NCBI GenBank assembly: GCA_963851265.1
Contig: CAWKNZ010000008.1
Coordinates: forward strand, 192,001 to 256,000
DNA length: 64,000 bases
Reading direction: 5' to 3'
Source: an uncultured Gemmatimonadales bacterium
GTDB taxonomy: Bacteria > Gemmatimonadota > Gemmatimonadetes > Gemmatimonadales > Gemmatimonadaceae
Below are positions 21,298 to 30,386 of the stretch, one piece after another (the stretch's first letter is position 1; each line of letters opens with the position of its first letter). The position numbers were made by a program, and so were the translations under genes. Below the pieces are notes generated by a model. It searched no databases. It saw nothing but the letters and a program-made list of their open reading frames with translations, and was not told where the DNA came from.

Positions 21298-22044
21298 ATG
21301 TCCACCGCCCCACGCACGGCAGTCAGCAGCCTACCTGCCGACCGTCCCCAAGTCGACCGCCCCGCGGCCGACCACGTCGCCGCCGCGCTGCTGGCGGTGC
21401 CCGCGCTCCTGACCCTCGTCCTCCTCCTGCATCACCCAGCTCTGCACGGGCGACACGGCGTGGCCGACGTCGCGGCCGGCGTTCAGGCGATCGCCCCCAT
21501 GACCCGGTTCGTCCACGGCAGCATCGTCGCGATGTTCGCCCTGCAGACGCTCGGGTTCCTGCGCTTCTCCGCCTCGCTCGGCTGGAGGCGCCCCGCGGTC
21601 GGCGCGGCGTTCCTCGCGTACGGCGCGGGCGTCGTGCTCTCGGTCATCCCCGCCATGCTCGACGGCTTCGTGGCGCCGGACCTCGCCGCGGCCTGCCTCG
21701 GCACGTCGGCGGGATGCGGGCCGGCGGACGGCGGCGCGTTCCGTCTGGTCGCGGTGATGATCCAGGCGTTCACCAAGGTCGCACTCGTCGCGATGTCGGC
21801 CGGGACGTTCGGCTGGGCGTGCGCGCTGCTCGCCGACGCGGGCGCGGGCCGGCGGCTCGCGGGCGCGGGCGGACTCGTCTGCGCGGTGGTCCCCGTCGCC
21901 ATCCTCCTCCGCTCGGACGTGTACCTCAGACCCGGCAACCTGGCTGGCATGTTCGCGGCCCAGGTGGTCTGGACGCTGCTCGCGGCGGCGGTGGTGGCCG
22001 GCAGGCCGCGCGCCGCCTCACGCCATGCCCGACGTATCGCCTGA
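21298..22044 (+). CDS. Hypothetical multi-pass membrane protein
   Basis: About 6 hydrophobic helices, HHP motif, divergent from TetR; start 21298 or 21253. Confidence 0.7.
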   Translation: MSTAPRTAVSSLPADRPQVDRPAADHVAAALLAVPALLTLVLLLHHPALHGRHGVADVAAGVQAIAPMTRFVHGSIVAMFALQTLGFLRFSASLGWRRPAVGAAFLAYGAGVVLSVIPAMLDGFVAPDLAAACLGTSAGCGPADGGAFRLVAVMIQAFTKVALVAMSAGTFGWACALLADAGAGRRLAGAGGLVCAVVPVAILLRSDVYLRPGNLAGMFAAQVVWTLLAAAVVAGRPRAASRHARRIA

Positions 22045-22084
22045 CGCGGTGTCCTCCCCCACGTCGACGTGGCGAAGACGCCAT

Positions 22085-23716
22085 TCAAGGCGCGCACGTG
22101 GAGTTGGGCACCGCGTCCGGCGGGTCGAGCTCGACCGCGCCGCCGGCCCCGCGCGCGAGCGTACCGGAGTACGGGCCGACCAGCTCGCGCGCCCACCAGC
22201 GCCCGGTGGCCCGCCGCTCGGCGCGCGTGGTGAAGCGGTAGCGCCAGAGCACCGTCCGCACCGCGGCCGGCGGCACGCCCACAAACGGGTCGCCGCGGAA
22301 GAGCGCCAGCACGGGCGGGCTCCCCTCCAGCAGGCGGAGTTGCGCGCGCACCACCCACGGCGACGCGCGCCAGGGCCCGAGCGAGGCGAACCACAGGTTC
22401 CAGTCGAAGCGCGGCTGGTACGGCGCGTAGATCCCCGGCGCCTCGCGCGGGTCCTGCGGCTTGTAGCGGAACGGGTAGGCCGCCCACGTCCGCCCGTCGC
22501 GCGTGCCCTGGAACTCGATCTCGCACTCCGCGGGCGTCATCGTGGCGAACAGCCCGTACGTGTTGGCGACGCGGAACGGCGCGAGCAGCCGCTCGGGCTC
22601 GGTGAGCGGCGCGGGCAGCACGGGTTCGAGCGTGGCGACGAACGTGAAGGCGAGCACGGCCGCGCTCGCCCATCCGCGCCAGGTGACCGGGCGCCACGGC
22701 GGGGCCGGGGTGTCTAACGACACGTCGCCTAACGGATCGTCCGCCGCCGCGCGCCGGCGCGCCAGGCGCCGCGCCCACGCCGCGACCGGCGCGAGCGCGC
22801 GGTCGTCGAGCAGAAACACGCCGAGCAGGAGGACGAGGTGGTTGAGGAAGGCGTAGTTGGCGGTCGCGATGATGCCGAGCTGGAACAGCGTGACCAGGAC
22901 GCAGCAGGCGATGCGCGCGCGTCGCCCGAGGAAGAGCGCCCAGACGAGCACCAGTTCGAACACGAGCGTGACCACCACCGTGCCGGCGTGGTACCAGTGC
23001 GGGAGCTGCTGCACGTACCAGCCCGGCCACGACGGGAGCGGGCTCGTCTCGTAGTAGCGGTCCATCGCCGTGAGGTCGCGCCAGTGCGGGTCGCCGCTGG
23101 CGAGCTTGACCACGCCGCTCTCGAAGTAGATGCGGAACCACTCCCACTGGAGCAGGAAGACGCTCGCGCGCGCCGGGGGGCTCCCCGCCCCGAGCCCCGG
23201 CCGGCGCCCGGGCGGCGCGAGGAAGCAGGCCAGGAAGCCGGCTTCGAGCAGCATGCCGTCGCTCTGGTAGCCCGAGAAGTCCTGCAGGACGCTCACGAGC
23301 GAGAGGAAGCACACGACGCAGGCGACCACGGCGAGCCGCGGCACACGGTTGAGGGCGAGCAGCCCCGACGCGACGAGCCCGGCGGCGGCGACGGCGAGCA
23401 GCGCGCCGTCGTTAGGCCCCGCCCAGAGGACCGTGGGCGCGAGCCAGAAGTGTTCGAGCCCGGGCGCGGCGCGCGCGACGTCCGGCAGGTACTCGGCCGC
23501 GGGCAGGACCCCGCGCGCGCCGACGAGGCCGCGGACCTGGCCGGCGAGCGCGTAGAACGCGGAGCCGAAGACGAGCCCGAGCGCGCGCAGGAAGATCCAC
23601 CGCGGCCACAAGTAGCCCGGCGGCCGCGCGGGCTCCCGGGCGGGCTCCCGGGCGGGCGCCCGGGCGGGCACCCGGGCGGGCTCCCGGGCGGCCTCGGCGG
23701 CTGGCCGGTCGCTCAC
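22085..23716 (-). CDS. Lipase maturation factor (LMF1) family membrane protein
   Basis: FLRALG, D-x-MLLEAGF, FESG-x-x-K, YYET-x-PLP, ANYAFLN, YGLFA-x-MT, PYQPRFDW-x-LWFA; GTGA overlap with the RES gene stop. Confidence 0.88.
   Translation of the reverse strand: MSDRPAAEAAREPARVPARAPAREPAREPARPPGYLWPRWIFLRALGLVFGSAFYALAGQVRGLVGARGVLPAAEYLPDVARAAPGLEHFWLAPTVLWAGPNDGALLAVAAAGLVASGLLALNRVPRLAVVACVVCFLSLVSVLQDFSGYQSDGMLLEAGFLACFLAPPGRRPGLGAGSPPARASVFLLQWEWFRIYFESGVVKLASGDPHWRDLTAMDRYYETSPLPSWPGWYVQQLPHWYHAGTVVVTLVFELVLVWALFLGRRARIACCVLVTLFQLGIIATANYAFLNHLVLLLGVFLLDDRALAPVAAWARRLARRRAAADDPLGDVSLDTPAPPWRPVTWRGWASAAVLAFTFVATLEPVLPAPLTEPERLLAPFRVANTYGLFATMTPAECEIEFQGTRDGRTWAAYPFRYKPQDPREAPGIYAPYQPRFDWNLWFASLGPWRASPWVVRAQLRLLEGSPPVLALFRGDPFVGVPPAAVRTVLWRYRFTTRAERRATGRWWARELVGPYSGTLARGAGGAVELDPPDAVPNSTCAP
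23628..23690. repeat. 12-bp tandem repeat (x5) encoding an AREP-type N-terminal linker
   Basis: GCGGGC(T/G/A)CCCGG units. Confidence 0.9.
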
Positions 23717-24195
23717 CGGCGGGCGGGGTCGAGCAGCCGCGGCTCGAACACGTAGGGGATCGTCTCGACGATGGTACAACGCGCCGCGTCCGGGTGCGCG
23801 GGGTTGAGCAGGACGTTCTCGGCCAGCGGCACCACCGCCGACGGCACCCGCAGCACGGCCGCCGCGCCGCCCGCGAGCCACGCCGCGCCCGCCGCGAGGC
23901 ACCCGGGCGACGCCGCACGACGCCAGTCCGGGTCGGCGCGTTCGAGTTCGGCGCGCGTCACCGCGGCCACCGCGACGTCGTCCGGCACGGCGACGCGCAG
24001 GAAGACGAGCGCGTCGGGCAGGTCTTCGGGGTCGCGAACGTGTACGAGGTACTCGGCCACGGCGAGTGCCGGGTGGTCGCCGGCGTAGACCACGGCCGCC
24101 CCGCGCGGGTTCCAGCGCCCGCCCGCGCGGCGCGCCCCCTCGCCCGAGAGGTCCGCGTACCTCGGCGTCGTGAGCCGCCAGGCGACGAGCGCCAC
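23713..24195 (-). CDS. RES domain toxin (NAD+-consuming, ParT/MbcT-like)
   Basis: WRL, SGEGA...GGRWN, AEYLVH, VPSAV, NVLLNP-x-HPD. Confidence 0.9.
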   Translation of the reverse strand: MALVAWRLTTPRYADLSGEGARRAGGRWNPRGAAVVYAGDHPALAVAEYLVHVRDPEDLPDALVFLRVAVPDDVAVAAVTRAELERADPDWRRAASPGCLAAGAAWLAGGAAAVLRVPSAVVPLAENVLLNPAHPDAARCTIVETIPYVFEPRLLDPARR

Positions 24196-24228
24196 CGCGC
24201 GCGCTCCGTTAGGCGTGCGCGGCGCGCC

Positions 24229-24666
24229 CTACGCCAGGTCGCCGCTCGCGATGCGCGTGAGCTCGTCCTCGACGAGCCGCGCGCCGTCGGAGGTGACGAC
24301 GAGCGCGAGCGGAACCTCGCCGCGCAGCACGCGGCTCGGGCGGCGCAGCCATCGCCCGGCCTTCGCCGCGCTCCCGAAGCTCTCCCCCGCGACGGCCAGC
24401 ACGCGGGCCACGCGCGCCAGCCGGTCGGACTCGTCGACCGTGAGCCGCTCGCCGCGCGCACGCCGGTGCGACAGGGTGCGGCGCGGCAACACGAGGCGGT
24501 CGACCTCGTCGGCCGTGAGCAGCCCGCGCGCGAGCAGGTCGTCGACCGCGGCCGTCGGCAACCCCGCCTGTACGGCGTCGACGAGGTCGTAGTCCGTCGC
24601 GATCGGGCCGACGACGTCGTCGCCGCCGAGGTAGGCGCCGACCTGCGGGGCGAGTGCGGTAGCCAT
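24229..24666 (-). CDS. Xre/MbcA/ParS-type antitoxin (DUF2384)
   Basis: GLP...RTLSHRR...LT-x-DESDRL-x-R...FG...A-x-x-WL-x-x-P...P...G-x-x-LV-x-x-EL-x-RI-x-x-G; directly upstream of RES. Confidence 0.9.
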   Translation of the reverse strand: MATALAPQVGAYLGGDDVVGPIATDYDLVDAVQAGLPTAAVDDLLARGLLTADEVDRLVLPRRTLSHRRARGERLTVDESDRLARVARVLAVAGESFGSAAKAGRWLRRPSRVLRGEVPLALVVTSDGARLVEDELTRIASGDLA

Positions 24667-24689
24667 GGTGGTGAGGCGAAGCAGCCTGA

Positions 24690-24725
24690 GCGGCAAGATG
24701 CCGCGCTATTCTGGCAATATTGCCA
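24690..24725. promoter_or_regulatory. Putative TA autoregulatory operators
   Basis: Perfect palindrome TGGCAATATTGCCA (24712-24725) and related GCGGCA-AGA-TGCCGC (24690-24704) upstream of the antitoxin. Confidence 0.6.
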
Positions 24726-25668
24726 CGGCCCTCGTTCCCGTCAACGCGCGGCGACGTGTGCCACGGCGCCGCGCCTCCGCGGCGAGCAGCTCGAGGAACG
24801 CCCGCGCCGCCGCGCTCGGCCGGCGGCGAGCCATCGACAGCCGGTTGAACGGGCGCGTGATCCGGAGCGTGCGGACCGGGACGACCGTCAGCCGCCCGAG
24901 CGCGAGCTGCTCGACCACGGTCGCCCGCGACACGACCGCGATCCCGACGCCTTCCGCGACGAGCCGTTTGATCACCTCCGTGCCGTCCACCGCCATCGTG
25001 CGCGCGGGCGCCACGCCGCCGGCGGTGAGGCCGTGCAGGACGAGGTCGCGCGTCCCCGACTCGGGCTCGCGCAGGATCAGCAGTTCCTCGTCGAGCGCGG
25101 CGGGCGGCACGGGCCCGTGCGCCGCCGCCCGTCGGGCGAGCGGGTGCGAGGGCGCGGCCACCACGACCATCTCGTCGGTGATCCAGCGCGTGACCGTGAT
25201 CCGTGGGTCGGTGACCGGCGCCTCCGCGAGCGCGACGTCGATCTCGTAATTGCGCACGAGGGGCACGAGCACCCGCGTGTGCACGGACGACAGCCGCAGG
25301 TCGATCTCGGGGTGCGCCCGCGCGAACGCCCCGATCAACGGCGGTAGCTCGTACGTGGCGATCGTCGTGCTCGCGCCGATGTGCAGTGTGCCCCGCATCA
25401 GGCCGCGCGCCGCCGCCATCGCCTCCTCGGCCGCGCGCTCGGCCGCGGCCACCGCCTGCGCGTGCTCGAACAGCTCGAGGCCGGCCGCCGTGGGGTGCAC
25501 GCCGCGCGCGCTGCGTTCGAGCAGCTCGACGCCGAGGTCGCGCTCCAGTTCGGCGATCGCGCGCGACACCGCGGGCTGGCTGACGAGGAGCGCGCGTGCG
25601 GCCGCGCCGACGCCGTCGTGGCGCACCGCCGCCGCGAACATGCGGAGTTGGTGAAGGTTGAGGGCCAT
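24706..25668 (-). CDS. LysR family transcriptional regulator (CysL/CbbR-like)
   Basis: NLHQL...AA-x-x-L-x-VSQPAVS, GASTT, REPESGTR. Confidence 0.93.
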   Translation of the reverse strand: MALNLHQLRMFAAAVRHDGVGAAARALLVSQPAVSRAIAELERDLGVELLERSARGVHPTAAGLELFEHAQAVAAAERAAEEAMAAARGLMRGTLHIGASTTIATYELPPLIGAFARAHPEIDLRLSSVHTRVLVPLVRNYEIDVALAEAPVTDPRITVTRWITDEMVVVAAPSHPLARRAAAHGPVPPAALDEELLILREPESGTRDLVLHGLTAGGVAPARTMAVDGTEVIKRLVAEGVGIAVVSRATVVEQLALGRLTVVPVRTLRITRPFNRLSMARRRPSAAARAFLELLAAEARRRGTRRRALTGTRAVAILPE

Positions 25669-25682
25669 AACGAAAGCTGATG
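25666..25682. promoter_or_regulatory. LysR T-N11-A box overlapping the lysR start codon
   Basis: CAT-AACGAAAGCTG-ATG dyad between the divergent lysR and RND operon. Confidence 0.5.
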
Positions 25683-25786
25683 GCTAAGACGCGCTGTATC
25701 CAGCTGTGAGCGCCGGCCCGGCCACCTAGTATCCGCAGCGTCCGCATCCCGCGCGGCCCCACGTCCGCCCCTGCCCCGCCCGCCGT

Positions 25787-28700
25787 ATGTGGCTCGTCCG
25801 ACTCGCGCTCCGCCAGCCGTACACGGTCGCCGTCTTCGCCGCCGTGCTCGTGCTCATGGGCGTGCTCGCCATGAAGAGCATGCTCGTCGACCTGTTCCCC
25901 AACATCGACATCCCGGTCGTCGCCGTCGTCTGGAACTACAACGGACTCTCGGCCGAGGACATGGAGCGGCGCGTCGTGCTGCTCTCCGAGCGCGGCCTGT
26001 CGAGCACGGTGAACGGGATCCAGCGCATCGAGTCGCAGTCGATCCCCGGCATCGGGCTGGAGAAGATCTACTTCCAGCCCGGCATCGACGTCGGCAACGC
26101 GATCGCCCAGATCGCCGCGTCGTCGAGCACGTCGCTGCGCGCGATGCCGCCGGGCATGACGCCCCCGTACATCATCCAGAGCAACGCGTCGAGCGTGCCC
26201 GTGGCGCAGATGACGCTGTCGAGCAAGTCGATCGACGAGGCGAAGATCTCCGACTACGGGCAGAACTTCCTCCGCCTCCGGCTGTTCACGATCCCCGGCC
26301 TCTCGACGCCGGCGCCCTACGGCGGGAAGACGCGCGAGATCACCGTCGACGTCGACCCCGCCAAGCTCGCCAACGCGGGCCTCTCGCCGAGCGACGTCGT
26401 GCAGGCGATTCAGAGCTCGAACGTCATCATCCCCGCCGGCACGGCGCGCCTCGGCGACCGCGAGTACAACGTCGCGCTCAACTCGAGCCCGTCGGCGGTC
26501 GCCGACTTCGCCCACATCCCGATCAAGGTCGTGCGCGGCGCGCCGATCACCGTCGGCGACGTCGCCACCGTGAACGACGGCTACGCCGACCAGACCAACA
26601 TCGTCCGCGTCAACGGCCGGCGCGCGGCGTACCTCTCCATCCTCAAGAAGGCCGACGCGTCGACGCTCACGGTCGTCGAGAGCACGAAGGAGCTGCTCCC
26701 CACGCTGCGGAAGATCGCGCCTAACGGAATGGAGCTGAACCTCGACTTCGACCAGTCGACGTTCGTGAAGGCGGCCGTCGCCGGCGTCGTGCGCGAGGCG
26801 TTCATCTCCGCGCTACTCGTCTCGCTCATGATCCTGTTCTTCCTCGGATCGTGGCGCTCGGTGGTCGTCGCGATCGCGTCGATCCCGCTCGCGCTCGCCT
26901 GCTCGATCATGGCGCTCAAGGCGACCGGGAACTCGTTCAACATCATGACGCTCGGCGGGATCTCGCTGTCGATCGGGCTCCTCGTCGACACCGCGACGAT
27001 CACCGTCGAGAACATCCACCGCAACCGCGGGATGGGGAAGCCGCTCACCGTCTCGATCCTCGACGGCGCGCAGCAGATCGCGCAGCCGGTGATCATGGCG
27101 ACGCTCGCCATCTGCATCGTGTTCTTCCCGGTGGTGCTGCTCGTCGGCCCGGCGCGCTTCCTCTTCGTGCCGATGGCCCTCGCGGTGGTCACGGCGATGC
27201 TCGCGGCGTGGCTACTCTCGCGCACGCTCGTCAAGACGCTCGCGCGCATGCTGCTCGCCGGCGAGCGCGCGCACGGCCAGGGGCACGACGCCGAGGTGGA
27301 CCTGCCGCACGCGAGCGGCTTCTCGCGCCTTTCGCACGCCTTCAACGTGGCGCGCGACCGCTGGTTCGGCCGCTTCCAGGACCGCTACACGGCGGCCCTG
27401 CGCACGCTCGTCGCCCACCGGGCGGTCACGCTGCTCGCGTTCACGGGGCTCGCGGTCGTCAGCTTCTGCCTGCTCCCCCTCGTGGGCCAGGACTTCTTCC
27501 CGAGCACCGACGCCGGGATGATGAAGCTGCACTTCCGCGCCCCGCCGGGGACGCGCATCGAGAAGACCGACTCGCTCGTCGCCGACGTCGAGCGGCACAT
27601 CCGCGCCCTCGTTCCCGCGGGGCAGCTGGAGACGATCAACTCGATGATCGGGCTGCCGTCGCCGCTCTCGCTCGCCTTCGTCCCCACCGACAACACGAGC
27701 GCGATGGACGCCGAGATCCTCGTCGCGCTGAAGCCCGGGCACGCGCCCACCGCGGAGTACGTCGCGAGGATCCGCGACGACCTCGCGAGGAGCTTCCCGG
27801 GGAGCACGGCGTACTTCCAGACGGCCGACATCGTCAGCCAGGTGCTCAACTTCGGACTCTCGGCCCCGATCGACGTGCAGGTGCAGGACAACGACCTGCA
27901 GCAGGGCTACGCCATCGCCAGCCGGCTGGCGACGGCCATGCGGACCGTGCCCGGCGCGGCCGACGTGCACGTCAAGCAGTCGCTCGACTACCCGACGCTC
28001 CGCGTCGAGGTGGACCGCGAGCGCGCCGGCGTGCTGGGGCTCTCGCAGCGCGACGTCGCCAACAGCATGCTCACCTCGCTCTCGTCGAGCGCGGTGGTCG
28101 CGCCGAGCTACTTCATCAACCCGGCCAACAACGTCAACTACCTGGTCGCGGTGAAGACGCCGCTCGCCAACTTCCAGAGGACGTCGGACCTCCTCTCGAC
28201 CCCCGTCACGCCGCAGGGCGGCGGCCTCGGGCAGGGCGCGACGGCGGGGGGCACGCTCGACCGCGCGCCGCAGCCGCTCGACCTGCCGTCCGCGCCCACG
28301 CAGACGCTCGGCAACGTCGCGACGGTGAGCACCCGCGCGGTGCCCAACGAGATCGACCACTCGACCGTGCAGCGCGTCGTCGACGTCGACGCCAACGTCG
28401 AGGGGCGCGACCTCGGCTCCGTGGTCGCCGGCATCCAGGACCGGATCGCCGGGCTCGGCGCGCTCCCGGCGGGTGTCTCGATCGTGGTCCGCGGGCAGGG
28501 CGAGGTCATGCACCAGGCCTTCTCGTCGCTCGCGCTCGGGCTCGTGGTCTCGATCATCCTGGTCTATCTGCTGATGGTGATCATGTTCCAGAGCTGGCTC
28601 GACCCGATCATCATCATGATCGCCGTGCCGGGGGCGCTCGTCGGGATCCTCTGGGCGCTCGCGATCACGGGGACGACGATCAACGTCGTCTCGCTCATGG

Positions 28701-29146
28701 GCTCGATCATGGCCGTCGGGATCGCGGTCTCGAACTCGATCCTGCTCGTCAGCTTCGCCAACGACCAGCGCGTCGAGCTGGGGATGGACGCCGTCTCGGC
28801 CGCGATCGAAGCCGGACGGACGCGCCTCCGCCCGGTGCTGATGACCGCGCTGGCGATGGTCCTCGGCATGCTGCCGATGGCGATCGGCACGGGCGAGGGC
28901 GGCGAGCAGAACGCCCCGTTAGGCCGCGCGGTGATCGGCGGACTCGTCGTCGCGACGATGGTCACGCTGCTCGTCGTCCCGGCGGCGTACGCCGCGCTGC
29001 GCAAGGCGATCCCCGGCAAGCACCTCCTCGAGGCGCGGTTCCGCGCCGAGGCCGACGGGCGCGAGGGCGACGGCGCCGACGCCGCCCACGGCGCGTCCGG
29101 GCCGCCGCGCGAGCCGCACGGCGGGCTCGTGCCGGCCGCCGCCTGA
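25787..29146 (+). CDS. RND efflux permease (AcrB/AcrD/AcrF family)
   Basis: FPNIDIPV, LLVDTATITVEN, FFPSTDAG, RLRPVLMTA, APLGRAVIGG. Confidence 0.92.
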   Translation: MWLVRLALRQPYTVAVFAAVLVLMGVLAMKSMLVDLFPNIDIPVVAVVWNYNGLSAEDMERRVVLLSERGLSSTVNGIQRIESQSIPGIGLEKIYFQPGIDVGNAIAQIAASSSTSLRAMPPGMTPPYIIQSNASSVPVAQMTLSSKSIDEAKISDYGQNFLRLRLFTIPGLSTPAPYGGKTREITVDVDPAKLANAGLSPSDVVQAIQSSNVIIPAGTARLGDREYNVALNSSPSAVADFAHIPIKVVRGAPITVGDVATVNDGYADQTNIVRVNGRRAAYLSILKKADASTLTVVESTKELLPTLRKIAPNGMELNLDFDQSTFVKAAVAGVVREAFISALLVSLMILFFLGSWRSVVVAIASIPLALACSIMALKATGNSFNIMTLGGISLSIGLLVDTATITVENIHRNRGMGKPLTVSILDGAQQIAQPVIMATLAICIVFFPVVLLVGPARFLFVPMALAVVTAMLAAWLLSRTLVKTLARMLLAGERAHGQGHDAEVDLPHASGFSRLSHAFNVARDRWFGRFQDRYTAALRTLVAHRAVTLLAFTGLAVVSFCLLPLVGQDFFPSTDAGMMKLHFRAPPGTRIEKTDSLVADVERHIRALVPAGQLETINSMIGLPSPLSLAFVPTDNTSAMDAEILVALKPGHAPTAEYVARIRDDLARSFPGSTAYFQTADIVSQVLNFGLSAPIDVQVQDNDLQQGYAIASRLATAMRTVPGAADVHVKQSLDYPTLRVEVDRERAGVLGLSQRDVANSMLTSLSSSAVVAPSYFINPANNVNYLVAVKTPLANFQRTSDLLSTPVTPQGGGLGQGATAGGTLDRAPQPLDLPSAPTQTLGNVATVSTRAVPNEIDHSTVQRVVDVDANVEGRDLGSVVAGIQDRIAGLGALPAGVSIVVRGQGEVMHQAFSSLALGLVVSIILVYLLMVIMFQSWLDPIIIMIAVPGALVGILWALAITGTTINVVSLMGSIMAVGIAVSNSILLVSFANDQRVELGMDAVSAAIEAGRTRLRPVLMTALAMVLGMLPMAIGTGEGGEQNAPLGRAVIGGLVVATMVTLLVVPAAYAALRKAIPGKHLLEARFRAEADGREGDGADAAHGASGPPREPHGGLVPAAA

Positions 29147-29177
29147 CCGCGCCCCCGCCGTCCAACACCCGCCCGCC

Positions 29178-30386
29178 ATGATCGAGCCCGTCTCCATCCA
29201 GCCCCGGCGCGCGCCCACCCCGCGCGGCCTCGTCTTCGGCAGCGTCGCGCTCGTCGGGGTCGCCGCCGGGACCGTCGTCCTCATCGCCGCGCGCCGGAAC
29301 GCGAGCGTGCACCGCGAGGCCACCGCGCGCACCGCGGACGTCGCCCGCGGCGTCGTGGTGCGCGCGGCCGCGGTGACCACCTCGCCCGCCGTGCGCCACC
29401 TCGCGCTCATCGGCGAGGCGCGGCCGTACGCGGAAGTCACGCTTTACGCCAAGGTGAGCGGGTACCTGCAGAGCATCCGCGTGGACCGCGGCGACCGGGT
29501 GCGCGCGGGCCAGGTGCTCGCCACGGTGCAGAGCCCCGAGACCGACCGGGCGCTGGCCGGGGCGCGGGCGGAGTTCGAGCAGAAGAACGTGACCTCGCAG
29601 CGCATGGGCCAGCTGCTCGCGCAGCAGTTCGTGTCCAACCAGGAAGCCGACCAGGCGCGGGCCGACGCCGAGGTCGCGCGCCAGCGGATGAACGCGCTGG
29701 CCGAGGAGCGCGGGTACGAGACGCTGCGGGCCCCGTTCGACGGCACGGTGACGGCGCGCTTCGCGGACCCGGGCGCGCTCATGCAGAACGCGGCGTCCTC
29801 GCAGACGGCCGCGCTCCCCGTGGTCACCGTGAGTCAGCTCGACCGCTTACGGATCTTCGTCTACCTCGACCAGGCCGACGCGGCCGCGCTGCGCACCGGC
29901 GCGCTCGCGACGATCACCGAGAACGACCGCCCCGGCGTGCAGGTTGCGGCGCGCGTCACGCGCGTGAGCGGCACGCTCGACCCGCGGACGCGCAAGATGC
30001 TCGCCGAACTCGACCTCGACGACCGCAACGGGCAGATCGTGCCGGGCGCGTTCGTGCAGGTCACGCTCGACCTGCCCACCGTTCCGCACCCCGAAGCGCC
30101 GGTGGACGCGCTGATCACGCGCGGCACGGCGAGCTACGTCGCGCTCGTCGACAGCACGGCCGGCGCGAGTGGCGCGGGCGGCCCGGCCGCGGACGGCACG
30201 GCCAGCGCGCGGCTGCACCTGGTGCCGGTGACCGTGGCCGGCAACGACGGGAAGCTGGTCACGTTCTCGAGCGGCGTGGCGGCGGGGCAGCGGGTCGCGC
30301 TCAACGCCGCGTCGCTCGCCGACGGCGCGCGCGTGCAGCTCGCGCGCGACAGCACCGCGGTCGCGGCGCGCGGGACGACGCCGTGA
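29178..30386 (+). CDS. RND efflux periplasmic adaptor subunit
   Basis: N-terminal TM, YAKVSGY, GDRVRAGQVLA, APFDG-x-VT, PGAFV. Confidence 0.9.
   Translation: MIEPVSIQPRRAPTPRGLVFGSVALVGVAAGTVVLIAARRNASVHREATARTADVARGVVVRAAAVTTSPAVRHLALIGEARPYAEVTLYAKVSGYLQSIRVDRGDRVRAGQVLATVQSPETDRALAGARAEFEQKNVTSQRMGQLLAQQFVSNQEADQARADAEVARQRMNALAEERGYETLRAPFDGTVTARFADPGALMQNAASSQTAALPVVTVSQLDRLRIFVYLDQADAAALRTGALATITENDRPGVQVAARVTRVSGTLDPRTRKMLAELDLDDRNGQIVPGAFVQVTLDLPTVPHPEAPVDALITRGTASYVALVDSTAGASGAGGPAADGTASARLHLVPVTVAGNDGKLVTFSSGVAAGQRVALNAASLADGARVQLARDSTAVAARGTTP

Noticed and set aside
22085..25668. Mobile element or prophage around the TA pair
   Set aside because: No integrase, transposase, att-like repeats or phage genes were seen.
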